Assembly: GCF_001194135.2 (NCBI RefSeq)
Contig: NC_068989.1
Span: forward strand, 38,135,637-38,199,636
DNA: 64,000 nucleotides
Reading direction: 5' to 3'
Origin: Octopus bimaculoides
Lineage: Eukaryota
Below are positions 49,844 to 63,014 of this stretch, in pieces. Both the position numbers and the translations under genes were made by a program. Position 1 is the stretch's first letter; the number at the start of each line of letters is the position of its first letter. Under the pieces are notes generated by a model. The model was not told the DNA's origin. It did not search any database and worked only from the letters and a program-made list of their open reading frames with translations.

Positions 49844-49880
<37 letters not shown>

Positions 49881-50095
49881 TTGTGTGTCTGTGTTTGTCC
49901 CTCCACCATCGCTTGACAACTGATGCTGGTGTGTTTACGTCCCCATAACTTAGCAGTTTGGCAAAAAGAGACCGATAGAATAAGTACTAGGCTTACAAAG
50001 AATAAGTCCTGGGATCGATTTTCTCGACTAAAGGTGGTGCTCCAGCATGGCTGCAGTCAAATGACTGAAACAAGTAAAAGAATAAAAGAATATAT
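49844..50095 (+). mobile_element. SINE family A 3' half (head lost in the gap)
   Basis: Body GTGTTTGTCCCTCCACCATCGCTTGACAAC... to AAGTAAAAGAATAAAAGAA. Confidence 0.9.
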
Positions 50096-50489
50096 ATAGT
50101 CAAGCTTGCTTGGATTGTGTTATGGTCATACTGTATCTTTCAGTGGTTGCATGGCATATATAATCGCTGGTTTTACAGATATTAGCAATGGTTCACTTTC
50201 AGAACTAGGCAACCATGATCAACATTATCAATATGACTCCATCTTCTAACATCTTGTTATATTTACCATTGATCTTTCTTTAATTGATTCATCTGCTAAA
50301 GCATTAGGCTTCTGATGGTGATTCTTATATAATCTAATCCCTCACTTCAGACCTACCCAGTTTGGTTAGACCTGTCAGAGTTATACTTACACTAGTCTAG
50401 CTCTTTGATTATAGGGTTTTGCAAGCCTCTCCCCTTTACATGAAAAAAACAAATGGAAAATAAAACCACTTATTCAATATATCACTCTA

Positions 50490-50875
50490 ATAATCCTTTT
50501 TACTATATGCACATGGCCTGAAATTTGGGGGAAAGGGTGAGTTGATTACATCAACCCCAGTGCGCAACTGGTACTTATTTTATTGACCCTGAAAGGATGA
50601 AAAGAAAAGTTGACCTCATTGGAATTTGAGCTCAGAACATAAAGGTAGATGAAATGCTGCAAAGCATTCTGTGTGCTGATGATTCTACCAGCTCGCTTTC
50701 TTATATGTCACTCTAATAATAATAATTCTTTCTACTATAGGCACAAGGCCTGGAATTTTTGTGGGAGGTGTTAAGTTGATTACACCAATCCCAGTGCTCA
50801 ACTGGTACTTATTTTATCAATCCTGAAAGGATGAAAGGCAAAAATGACCTTGGTAGAATTTGAATTCAGAATATA
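50490..50875 (-). mobile_element. Two tandem SINE family B copies
   Basis: Both carry CAACTGGTACTTATTTTAT..ACCCTGAAAGGATGAAA.G.AAA.TTGACCT. Confidence 0.85.
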
Positions 50876-50949
50876 AATAAAAATAAATATAATAACAATA
50901 ATAATTTATGAAGAATGATGTAGCTCTCTATGAAAGAAAATATACAGTC

Positions 50950-51187
50950 AGAAGAATGTGATATATAATAAAATGCAAATTGACTTTGTTTATTGAACTT
51001 GACAGTATTTCAACAATCTGTTTCCCTCAGATTCAGAATAAGACAAGAGTAATAAAAATGAAAATACACAAAAATGCTGAAATTCAAAATTCAACAGCAG
51101 TCTGCTGCATCCTTTCCTAGACAAGATGTCATCAAGACATGATGATGTTCAGTTCAATAAACAAAGCAAACCTGTACACATTCTTCT
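50950..51187. repeat. Imperfect inverted repeat (~45-55-bp arms)
   Basis: AGAAGAATGTG...CTTTGTTTATTGAACTTGACA pairs with TGTTCAGTTCAATAAACAAAG...CACATTCTTCT. Confidence 0.65.
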
Positions 51188-51197
51188 AATTGTGCAG

Positions 51198-51198
51198 C

Positions 51199-51250
<52 letters not shown>

Positions 51251-51390
51251 GCAATAACAACAATATTATATATAATAATAATAATAGCAATAACAACAAT
51301 ATTATATATAATAATAATAATTATAGCAATAACAACAATATAATAATAATAACAACAATAATATTATATATAATAATAATACTTATAATA
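51198..51390. repeat. (AAT)n microsatellite with a ~36-bp higher-order repeat
   Basis: AGCAATAACAACAATATTATATATAATAATAATAAT recurs about three times. Confidence 0.85.
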
Positions 51391-51834
51391 ATATCTGCTT
51401 GGAATGTCATCGCTTCCTTTTGATGAGGAAGTGATGGTAGTGGCTACTTGCCAGTTAAATTTTGAAGGTCTTCTCACAAAATGTAAATATAGATAACATT
51501 TCCTTTTCCTGATATGGGCTCTGCTTGGTTGTTGGACTGTCATTGTTCTCAGAGTTTCATTTGGTATTTAATCAAACAATCTCAGAGGGAAAATCTTGCC
51601 TAAGGCTTCAAATGATTAAGGTTTGAACTTCTTCATTCTAGACTTTGTGGTTGTCAGTTTTTACGATACAGATTTCTTCCTTGAGCTGAATATTCGGAAT
51701 CCTTTCTTACGAGAAACAACTGAACAATTGCAGACTGAGAGTTGACATGAAATGGCTTGTTGAGTATTACTTATTCTTAGTTGATTATTTTTCCTATATA
51801 TTATATTTTTCTTGCTAATTACACTAAGTAGGTA

Positions 51835-53061
51835 TGAGAGTGGAATGAAAAGTTCATAGGCTGACTATGAGGAGTGATGCTAGAACAGTGAAATCTTGCA
51901 TGCATTAATTTCGACTTTTATTATTAACTGCATTGTTTCTTAACAGGTAAACTGTTACCTAACTGTTCAAAGAAAACCTCAAATGTAACTAGTAGTGACT
52001 TCTCTTGAAAATGGGACAAATTTGGAATTGTAGTGTTATTAAGCACCTGCAGAAAGAGGCTTTAACTCTCAGAGACATTCATGCTGACATGGTCGCTACA
52101 TTAGGATATAAAGCTTTATTAGCAATGCAAAAGTGGGCAGCTGAATTTAGGAAGGGAACAGAGAGTTTGAAGATGAGCCAAGGTCTGAATGTCTTGCAAC
52201 TGCTACCACTGAAAAAACATTGATCATGTTCACTATATGGTGATGGATGACAGATGATTGATGATAAATCAAATAGGTAATGATATTAGCATATTCCATG
52301 AGAAAGTTGAGAATATTCTGTACAGTAAGCTTGGTATGATGAAGGTTTCTGCTTGGTGGGTTCCACATCTGACACCTGATCAAAAGCACATGAGGCTGAT
52401 CACATCATGGGAAGATCTGGCATTGTTTGAGGCAGTTCCAGCTGGTTTCATTGAATCTTTCTTGATTCAGAATGAGTGTTGGGTTCATTACTTTGAGCCA
52501 GAGACAAAGAGATAATCCATGCAGTGGAAGCACGCTCATCAACTGCTCCAAAGAAGGCCAAGATTGTTTCAACTGCAGGGAAAGTGATGGCCTCAGTTTT
52601 TTTGGACACAAAAGACATTGTGTTTATTGACTATCTTGAAAAGTACCATACCATCAATGGAGAGTACTATGCCAACTTGCTGAGGTAGTCATGAAAGACT
52701 ATCAAGACAAAAACACCCAGGAAAACAAACAAAAGGGGATTTGTTCAATCAGGAAAATACTCCAGCGCACAAGTTCTTGATTTTAATGGCTGCTGTGCAT
52801 GACTGTGGCTTCTAACTGGTTGATCACTGTCCCTATTCACCTGATTTGGCCCCATCTGACTATCAGCAGTTCACCAACATAAAAAAACCCCACTTGGCTG
52901 GAACCAGTATTGCAGTGACGATGACGTTGTCTGTTGTTGACATTTTTGAGCAATAGGAAAAAAAGCTTCTATCAAGGGAACTATGTTGAAAAGTAGACCT
53001 TATTTAGTCACATTTCATGAGAGTATCTTGGTCAGCCTATGAACTTTTCAGCCGTCCCTTG
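51835..53061 (+). mobile_element. Full-length decayed mariner transposon (irritans/Himar-like)
   Basis: TA|TGAGAGTGGAATGAAAAGTTCATAGGCTGAC ... GTCAGCCTATGAACTTTTCAGCCGTCCCTTG|TA (TIRs plus TA target duplication). Motifs WWVPHL, WVHYFEPETKR*SMQW, AGKVMASVF, VFIDYLEK, YSPDLAPSDY; many stops. Confidence 0.93.
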
Positions 53062-53424
53062 TAGATAAAATGTTTAACACTAAATTATCAACCTGACAGG
53101 TGGTGATAATTATGTATATATAATAATAGGAAGGGTTATTGTTTTTAGATATTTTTATAATACTTCACTGATGGGGAAACAACTTTCTGCAGTCTTTTAC
53201 AAGCCAATATATATATATAAAGCAATAAATACATATATAAAATATTTTATATATATATTTTTGCATTACAACTCACCACATGGGGATAATTCCTCCCTTT
53301 TTGTTATTACTCTCTCCCTCTCTCTCTCTATATATATATATACACATGCACACACTTATGCACACACACACACAGGGGCTTGTAGAAAACAACAAACAGA
53401 GAATTAGGTAATATCTTAACTCAA

Positions 53425-54067
53425 AATCTATAAACAAGAGTAAAATCGATAATGTGTATTGCGAAATTAACTTTAATGATAATTTTCCTGAACTAGATTT
53501 CGATTCTTTAAGTAAAAGTAATTCTGATTCTGATAGTACAGTTAAGTTAATACCTCGTTTTAACATTAATTATGATAATGATAATCCTGTCTAAACACTT
53601 AATTCTGAGAGGAGGACTAGTAGGAACTTTTATACACTTTTTAAAGTGTATAAAGGCCTTTGTAATTTCAAAGCAAAATTTTTCTGCACTTTAGAAAATC
53701 AGTGTTTAAGGAAAAATACAGTCTGTTAGTGTAAAATAATTAGGGGTCATAAATATTATTATGTAAGTTCATCCACTACACTCTGGAAATCTAGATTTCA
53801 TAATCATTCTCATTCATTTAGGTATAGAAGAAAAAATCTTAGTAAATACATTTGGGATTTAAAAATAGGAACATTAAGTATGATTTAACTTGGTCCATTA
53901 TTAGTTATGCACCATCATACAATATTGGCATTTCTATGTGTGATCTTTGTCTTGAAGAAATGTATTATGTAATTACTTCTAAATTAATTTTATTAAATTT
54001 TGATGGAAATTTTATGATGAAATGTTTCCACAAATTTCAGAAGGCATTCAAGTATTTCAATTCTTAA
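53425..54067 (+). pseudogene. Penelope-like (Neptune-type) GIY-YIG endonuclease reading frame with two stops and one frameshift
   Basis: LCNFKAKFFCTLENQCLRKNTVC*CKIIRGHKYYYVSSSTTLWKSRFHNHSHSF...LSKYIWDLK / IKYDLTWSIISYAPSYNIGISMCDLCLEE...LLN...KCFHKF. Confidence 0.8.
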
Positions 54068-54540
54068 TTATAATTACTTTTCATATGTTATATTATAAGC
54101 ATATTTTTTCTAAAAATGTTTACTCTATTTAATAAATAGATAACTAATTGTGACCTGAAATGCCTATATTTCTAATTGTCCTAACGTAGTATTCTTAAGT
54201 TTATTTTTTATTATTTTGTTATTCACTCATGTAAACAATAGTTGAAAACAAAAATAGCTTTTCTTAGATTATATTTCATCTTACTATTCTTTTTGAATGT
54301 GTTTGTGTACTGGAAATATTTCCTTGGTTCACTTTGAATTTAACTAATTTTGGATTGCCTTGAAAACGTTGTTAACATATATTTTTGGAAATATAAGTTT
54401 CAATCATATTTTCTATATCTAAATATGTTAATACCACAGAAACAATAATTAGTTTTGTAAGATGATTTCTACAATTAAAGATGTGATTTTCTCTATTTGT
54501 ATTTTTGCTTTATATATATACATATATATATATATAGACA

Positions 54541-54993
54541 CAGGTGTAAGTGTATAGTAAGAAACTTGCTTCCTAACCATACCACATGATTTTTGGTTCA
54601 ATCCCACTGCATGGCACCTTGGGCAAGTGTCTTCTACTGTAGTTTTGGGCTGGCCAAAGCCTTGTGAGTGGATTTGGTAGATGGAAACTGAAAGAAGTCT
54701 GTTGTTACCAGTGTCGTCTTACTGGCACTTGTGCTGGTGGCATGTGAACACAACATTCGAGCCAGGTCGTTGCCAGCGCCGCTGGACTGACTTCTGTGCA
54801 GGTGGCACGTAAAAACACCATTTGAGCGTGGCTGTTGCGAGTACCGCCAGACTGGCCCTAGTGCCGGGGGCATGTAAAAGCACCCACTACACTTTCAGAG
54901 TGGTTGGCGTTAGGATGGGCATTCAGCTGTAGAAACTCTGCCAGATAAGATTGGAGCCTGGTGCGGCCATCTGGTTCGCCAGTCCTCAGTCAA
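54541..54993 (+). mobile_element. Composite SINE: family A head and core, ~60-bp subrepeats, family C body
   Basis: The A head ends at GAAACTGAAAGAAGTC (54700), followed by about three diverged GCCAG..ACTGG..GGTGGCACGTAAAA units and then GCACCCACTACACT..GGTTGGCGTTAGGATGGGCAT. Confidence 0.85.
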
Positions 54994-55166
54994 AAATTAT
55001 GATAAAATTATGAATGGAGAAAATAACAATCTTTAATTTGCACTGTACAATACTGATGATCATTTCTGTTGTATCTGCATATTTAAAAACTTTCTCCATT
55101 TCAAAGATAATCCATCATAAGCACTCTTAAATAAAGCAAATAATAGAGTGTATAATATATATATAT

Positions 55167-55330
55167 ATGAGGTTATGCTGAAAAGTTTGTGGCTATAAGG
55201 GTATCACAAAGTGCCTAGTTGGAGGTCCAAACTTTCAAGTTCTTTTACATGGCTTAGGAAAACTGAAGGACTGTTGCAATCTGTGTGAATCTGAGAGAGG
55301 AACATGTTGAATAAAATCATAATTAATTGG
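55167..55330 (+). mobile_element. Mariner-derived fragment/MITE
   Basis: TA-TGAGGTTATGCTGAAAAGTTT resembles the 51835 TIR. Confidence 0.45.
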
Positions 55331-55759
55331 TCCTCCAGTATTTTCTTTTTACCCAAAACCAGGAACTTTTCAGCATTCCCTCATATGTGTATGTGTGGCC
55401 TTTTGTCATTGGTACAAAATAAATTTTGTAGCAGTCATGACATCCTAGAAAAGTCAATGAAAGCATTTTTACTTTGTAATTATGTGTATATTAAAGGTTA
55501 ATTGAAACCACTTTTAATGATCCCTAAATACACTGATTTACTCCAATATTATTTTTCATGTTTGCAAATCCTGCAGAGGTCAACTTTGTCAAGTACTAAT
55601 CATGTATTGAAATTGATGGTATGGTCTAATCTCTCCCCTCAAAATTGCTGGACTCATGCCAATATTAAAAATAATTATATTTCAAATATACAACTGTTAA
55701 CATAGCTGTAGTTTTTAGCACTTAAACATATATGCATATGATTTACTTAATTGAGATCA

Positions 55760-56055
55760 TTTTGAACCAACAAACCACATCATAGGTCTTCTGAATCAGG
55801 GATTAATCTGGGTTGAACAACAGCAACTATGTCAAAAGAGTTAATATAATCCTATCAGTAACTCACTCTCCAAGACATAGCAGCCAAATTTTCTCAAATC
55901 ACAGCCTACCATCTTGGGAAAGGCTGGACAAATACAATGTAGTCCAAGATTTATATATGTAATAAAAAATAAAATTAGTCACTTTTGGAATGTCTTTGAT
56001 CATCACTCTGTTGAATCAGGCTTGACTTGGGGGATAAACATACAAGAACAACAAC
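55760..56055 (+). mobile_element. Degenerate SINE family E fragments with (AAC)n-type tail
   Basis: ATAGCAGCCAAATTTTCTCAAATCACAGCCTACCATCTT...GAATGTCTTTGATCAT...GAATCAGGCTTGACTTGGGGGATAAACA. Related pieces at ~38260-38315 (+) and ~59280-59480 (-). Confidence 0.45.
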
Positions 56056-56169
56056 AGAAGCATTTAACTTCGAATATCTCCAATGTCTTCTTTTGTGTTG
56101 TCAAAGTTGGAAAAGTTACTTGATTTCACACACAAAGATCAACCCTTGCTACTATTGTCACCATAGTGA

Positions 56170-56232
56170 TTATTTTCCACCACGACCACCGCCACCACCA
56201 CGACCACCGCCGCTGCCACCGCCACCACCACG
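56170..56232. repeat. Imperfect (CCA/CCG)n trinucleotide repeat
   Basis: Read directly from the sequence. Confidence 0.85.
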
Positions 56233-57575
56233 TTTGCCACATAAAACTGACTAAATGCAAGAAAATTATCATGTCTCTTTTATGGTTCTTAAGTTATAAT
56301 TTTTTAAAAATTGATGAAAGCTTGGATTGTTGAAGCAGTTTCAATAATTTGCAAGTTATAATTTAACTTGTTTTGTTCTATTTTGTCTTCCACTGGTTTT
56401 TGAAGTTTTAAAATGTTGAATGTTTATTTTTTTTTTATATATATTAACTAAGTTATTTTTACTTTATTGATATCATTTTCAGGAAACTAGCCGTTTTGTG
56501 TTTTGTTGTATTCCACTCACATTTCTATAAGATTTATATCTAAAAAAAACGTCAATATTTAAGATTATAAGTACTCTTTTCAAAAATGATATATATATGC
56601 ATGTGTGTGTCTATATACATGTATCTATTTGACTATGTGCACGCATGTATCTTTGTGCATATGTTTGTCTATCTGTGTGCATGTATGTGTTTGTGTATAT
56701 TTATGTACATGTGTATAATTATGTGTATGTAAGTGTGAGTTATTTAATACACATAACTGCATCTGTGCATGAATCTAATATTCATAACAATTTATACACA
56801 TACACATACATACATATATACACACACATATATATGTATGTGTGTGTGTCAGTGTGTGTGTGAATGCAACATCTATCATACTGATACGATGTGAGTGAAG
56901 ACTTTATTTAACTAGTACATTGCAATAAATAAAAAGAATTACTCTGTCCAATGCATTAAGTCCTCTTATTATTCTCAATGAAACCATTTACAAATTATAT
57001 AAACATAAACGAGATAAAACAAAATAACATGCCAGTGGCACGAACTCGGACAAGATGAATAAAGGTATATTAAATACTATATAAGATAGATTCTTGATTT
57101 ATTGAAATTAACTTCCTTTTGAGACAGTTGCAACAAATTCTGAATGAGAAGGGGAAATAATCTCAAGGACCAGGAATTCTCGATGCTTAGTGGGTATTTG
57201 TTTAGTTTTCTCTCAATGGGAGGGGGGGATAATTTCAAAATATCAAGAATTTACCTTGTGTGATTTTAAATATTCCTTTATTCATCTTTGTCTTACAAAT
57301 TAAACACACAAACACACACACACATGTATCATCATCATCATCATCATTATCATCATCATTCATTGTCATTTTAATGTCCACTATTCCATGCTTGCATCGG
57401 TCAGACATGTTCTCACAGAACATTGGAAATGACTGACACTGCTTGTAAAAAATCAACAATCATTTACAAGTATCAAGCAATGTCAAGACACACATATACA
57501 TACATATTTCATATATATAAAAGAAGTCAAGGGACCCTGCTAAGTCCATTCCTGCTAAGCTGATTTAGCCTCTTT

Positions 57576-57609
<34 letters not shown>

Positions 57610-57612
<3 letters not shown>

Positions 57613-57735
57613 CAGGCTATCAAATCCACTCACAAGGCTTTGGTCAGTTATAGTAGAAGACACTTGCCCAAGGTACACAGAGTGGGACTGAACCTGGAAC
57701 CATATAGTTCGGAAGAAAACTTCTTACACATAGCT
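57610..57735 (-). mobile_element. SINE family A head/core fragment
   Basis: AAATCCACTCACAAGGCTTTGGTCAG..TATAGTAGAAGACACTTGCCCAAGGT..GTGGGACTGAACC. Confidence 0.85.
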
Positions 57736-60539
57736 ACACACACACACATGAAGATGCATAGCCTAGGAGTTGTGATGTTGCCAAGTGGATGAAGCAGTAT
57801 GTTATGTCATTTAGCAAGGCACACATCATTTCAGTTTACCTCAATCTACTCAGCTGTAAATTAAATTAGGTGCTGAGTTTCAGTTGGCACTGCTCTCTTT
57901 CCCTTCAGCTGTCACACCACGAGTGTTTCACTAGTTCAAAACTGGGTGGCTGAGAGAATGTTTTTGTTTGTTATGTAGGTGTATAAAACAAGCAAAAGTG
58001 TTATACAAACTGCTAGGTCATACTTGCTTGCAAGTGATGGCATGCTCATGTGTGTTGATTGTGGTGCAGCTCTTAACTCTTGAGTGAGATGTTGTGGTAC
58101 TGTCACAGCATACAGTATGTATTGGGCATTCCAAATATTTTCTTTTGAGAAAAATATAGTATAAATCATTATGTGTTAGAAATTTAAATATAAGAAGCCC
58201 TAACAATGCAAGAATTATTCTTTTATGAAATATATTAAATACATTTTAATCTATCGATATTTTAAGCCAAAACCATTAGACATGATGAAACAGAATTAGC
58301 TTTATAATACCTCTGACAGATTCACTCTTTGGAGATTATCAGATTGCAGCATTTTGGGTGAAACAATATCTCAACCATATTTAGTGTTTCTAAAATAGTT
58401 CATCTGCAGTAATTAGTTGGAACAAATAAATTAACAACTATTCTTCTCCTTTCTGTTGTTATAACTAACCTTTGTGTTTCTTATTTTTTTAAATTCTGGC
58501 ATGATGTTATTGTGTTGGTACTATTTTGGTTTGAGGAAAAGTGTTATGAGTGTATTATATATTTGAAGTTTGAGTAACAGAAGCTACAACAAAGCAGGAA
58601 TTTGGTTTTAAAAATAAATTAAATTGACCAACATTTTAGGCCAGAGTCATGAGGAAATTGAGATTGAGAAACAGCTGAAATAATGTTTGTAGCAGGATAA
58701 TTTCTCTACAAACAATATATCTCAAGGTCATAGTGTTTTGAAGAAAAAAATAACCCTACCACACTTTGTATTGCCAGAATAATTCATTAGCCATAGTCTG
58801 TTTGTAAAAATAATTTAGCATCTATTCTAGTCATTTGTTCATTTAACATTCTTTTTACTATGTTAGCATAGACAGGGACTGTTTTATGCTTGGATGTCCT
58901 TCCAGTTACAAACCTAAGTCTGTTTTTCAAGTGAGGGATCTTTTAATTTACTTGTCTCCAAAAGCTCAGTAAAACTAGTCATAAAGTTAACAAGTAATGA
59001 AACCCTAAACCATGAAGTTGTAAAGCAAGATTCTTAACCTTGTATCTATGCCTTTTCTTTGGAGGCATGGCTTGGATAGTTTGCATTGGTCTGTGTAAGT
59101 CCTTATTTACAGTTACTGCCTTCCTGAATGAACACTTTCTTCCTCTCTGAGTAACCATGAAAGCAAAAACAAAACTATATTTTATAATTGCAGTTTGTAA
59201 TAGCTTGTTGGCTTTTCCTTCATTAAGGATTTGCAAATGTAGCTTTTATTTTCCTAATGTTGAATATTAGGTAAAAACTATAAATTTTTATCGTTATTGT
59301 GGTTTAACCTCCAAGTCAAAGGTGACTGAACAGACCTTTGATAAAAAATGTTACAACCATGATTATCTCATCCTTTGTATCACACATAACATATTTATGA
59401 CTACATAATCTTGTTTTATCTATTTTCATGATTGTAGGATGTGACACGAGTGAGATTTGATTGCATGTTTTTAACAAATCAAATGACTGTATTGAGAATT
59501 CCCAGCTAGTTTGTTCATATAATGTTCTCTTTGGTACTTATGAGGTAGCTTTCAACAAGATTTTAGGAAGATCTGTTGACTTCCTTTGCAGTATCTAATT
59601 TTTTTTTTACACAACTTTATGATGTTTGAAGTTTCTTCATTTGGAAATAAAATATATATTTGGTTCACTCAGTTTGATGACTTCCCTTGAGATTAATGCT
59701 TGGTAGGGATTGAATTTTGGTTATGTCTTTAACATCTTGGTCTCTTGATGGCTTCCTGTGAGTCTACAAATAAACTGAACAAAACATTCAAGAAATTTAT
59801 CACTTACAGAACCATGCATGAGTGGCAATATTTCTGGTACACTTAGGAAATCAAGTGTAATCGATCAGGTTCCTTAATAACAAGATATATTTATCTTGAT
59901 ATACAGAAAAAGAGTATTGGATGTAAGATGGCTTGATTTGTTAGGCAGGAAAAACAGTAAAATATAATGACTTTGGCAAAACATAACAGGTTACACAATC
60001 AAAATCAAAGGAAATAACAAGTTAATTGTTTTCAGGTCCTAACATGTTAAGATGGGGAAACTGAAGATGTTTAAAGCATAAAATAGGCTTGATTAAAATT
60101 ACTGAGTTGACTGGATATTTGGCTACTATCAGTTCTGGTTTGAAGGTCTCTAGTTCAAACACACTGGGCACATTTCACTATTTATATTATATAAAATTTG
60201 GGGAGCAATAGCATTGTTGTTTATCAGTTCCTAATGAGCTGATCATAGATTCACTTGCCCAGTGGGATTTCCAATGTGAATGAATCTAAAAAACCACCTG
60301 GTTGAAAAGTGAACTTCTTAACCAGACACCTACGCATGAGTCAAGTATCAAATGTTGGTATTTTCTACTCTCAGTTTAACATACATCTACAGATGCAATA
60401 TTTGGACACATTGTCCTAGTATTTTGGGTTTTACAACATACATATCACTGAGTATTTGGGGTTTTACAACATACATGCATCCAGGTAAGTCAACCTAGGT
60501 TGATCAAGTTTAGGCCTGTGTCCAAGTGGCATTCTCCTG

Positions 60540-60660
60540 AAACCACCAACCACCTCTTTTTAGTAAGAGCAACATAGATGCTTTCTCAGAAACCACTGCA
60601 TTGTCTTTAATGGCTCTTTTTCTGCTCATTTCTCTAATGTCCAAGTTTCCATTGGCCTTA
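60540..60660 (-). mobile_element. Possible decayed RTE-clade LINE fragment
   Basis: Minus frame ETWTLEK*AEK...WFLRK resembles the RTE ETWTL....E..L..FE..CLR motif. Single motif only. Confidence 0.3.
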
Positions 60661-62958
60661 CTCAGAGTAGGACCAGTGAAACCTTGACTGCCAGCTTCCA
60701 CTGGCACTTTGTTCTCCAGCCATTCTTGCTGTCCACCACCAACTTCCTTTCCTTTTCTCTCTTCCTCCTCTCTTTCCAGGGTCCAGTTAACTCCAATAGA
60801 ATTAGCTGCTTTATTTACAATCATTGGAATTCATCAATGGCTAATAGACACTTTTAATTTCAAAACAGAAAGATATTACTGTTGGGACTTTCATATCTCT
60901 CCAGAAAGTATCATTCAAGTAATTGGTTCCCAACCTAAGTTTTGCTGGAATTTTATTGGTTAAACTATCATGTTTACTAAAAACCATTCCAAATAAATTC
61001 TTCAATATTTCAGTTTGAGTCTTGCATTAATCAGATACTGAGTAGTTAACCTCATTCAAAATACTCTCAATATCTAAGTCATTGGAAGTAAAATCACCAA
61101 GGGGAAAATCAATCAGAGGTGTCATCTGCATGAAAAACTACATGTCAACATAGGTAATGCAGCGAACATCAAAGAGCTAATAAAAATAATCATGCAGTAA
61201 AGAAAAGACAGCATTAGCTGAATGACTAATACTATTTTAATCATTCTGGTTTATGTGAGACACCTGTGAGATGCCATTGATGGAGTCTAGTGATTATTAG
61301 TTTCCATCAATTAATCTTTTTCAAGTTGTCGCAACCAAAATATGTTTCACCAAGCCATGCCAGGAATATCTCCTGCTCCTATTGTCTTTGGTAGATAGGC
61401 CTTTCTTAGCACCATTAAAGGCCCCTGAGCAAAGCAATGCACAGGTTCTCCTATATGCACAATCATAGCATAGGCAGATTAACATTGGGCCCCTACACCT
61501 GTGGATTACTCCTAAGTGACTGCCCAGTGTGCTCATGCTTTAAGACAGCACTGATTTTAGGTCTTCAATTTCAAATGTGTTTTTGCCAGCAACATCAATA
61601 TATGTCAGTGGTCATTGTTCTTTATTAGGGTTTGGAAGTCTCCTAAATATAACATACATATGGCAGTGATCAGCAAAGCCTACTTTGCATTCAGCAACGA
61701 TAATAGAAATGGGTGGAATGTGTCTCCTATTTGGTCTTGTACTAATGCCATGTGATATTTTGAGCCCTCATGAGAAACCCAGTGTGCAGAGACTTCACCA
61801 TATTTGCAAAGGAAGTGATAAAAAAAACTCACAGAGTGTACAATATTGTACATAAAAAAGTGTAGAAAATTAGCATATTTCGAAAAATAAATCACTGAGG
61901 GAATTGTAATTATAGAAATATAATAACTAGTTTCCAAAACTCATTAACTTTATATTTCATGTCTCCTTCACATTCCTATATGATAACGGAGTTGTTATTT
62001 GTAATTATATAGAAGAATTGTTTTAAATGACTATATCAACCATTCTTAAAAAAATAGGGCCTAAAACCTAAACGAAATAAAATATTGCAATATGTGAAAT
62101 CCATTAGAGTTTTTATCAGACAACATGCATATTAAAAATTCAGCTTGTTGCCATGATTTATGGATAGATTAATTATTTGTAAGTATTAATATCAGAATCC
62201 ACCAAAGGCTTCAAATTTAAAGTATTTATCCCAATGTCAAAATGATTTATTATTAGAATATAAAGAAGTTATTAATATAGAGCTGCAAGTGGTTGAGAAC
62301 TTGAAAGGGTGAATTAATAGATAAATGCATTTCCCAATGAAATAGATATTTATAACTGCAGTTGATGGCATTGGTCCTAATGTAGTCTCTTGTAACCCAC
62401 TGAAGATTTGGGGAATCAATTCAGAGGTGGTAGAGTATTGTTCTTGTTGTTTTCCACTCAAAGAATTTTTAAACCTAAAATTTTAAGCTAATGCAGCATA
62501 TTGGTACATATTTACAGATAAGTAGAGTGTGCCAATTGGTGATAAATACTTTTGTCAGAGACATTATTTAGCATTAGAGATGTGGTACATATAACTATTT
62601 CTTCAGGAGTGTTGTTAACTAGTGATATGATATATATACCTATTCCATCAGCTGCTGAGTATTAGTTATTAATTAAAATTGTGTTCTTTTACACTTTGCA
62701 TATTTATTTCTAGTCAGCTTCTAAATGTTTTATCCATTACATATGTTGCCACTTGAATAGCTATCATTCATACTGTTATTAGCAGTGATTGTCAAAGTTA
62801 CTCTCAGTTGTAGTAGTCTTTCAGTTAACTCATTGGCAATGAAATTTACTAGTATATTTTTATGTATGAATAACTTTTGTGAAAGTCTCACATGAACCTT
62901 GAAAGTGTTAACTTCTCCAGAGCAAAACTTACAGGTAACATACATTTATATTGCAGTC

Positions 62959-63014
<56 letters not shown>

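Noticed and set aside
56027-56254. Proline-rich ORF
   Set aside because: It derives from an imperfect (CCA/CCG)n repeat, with no splice or homology support.
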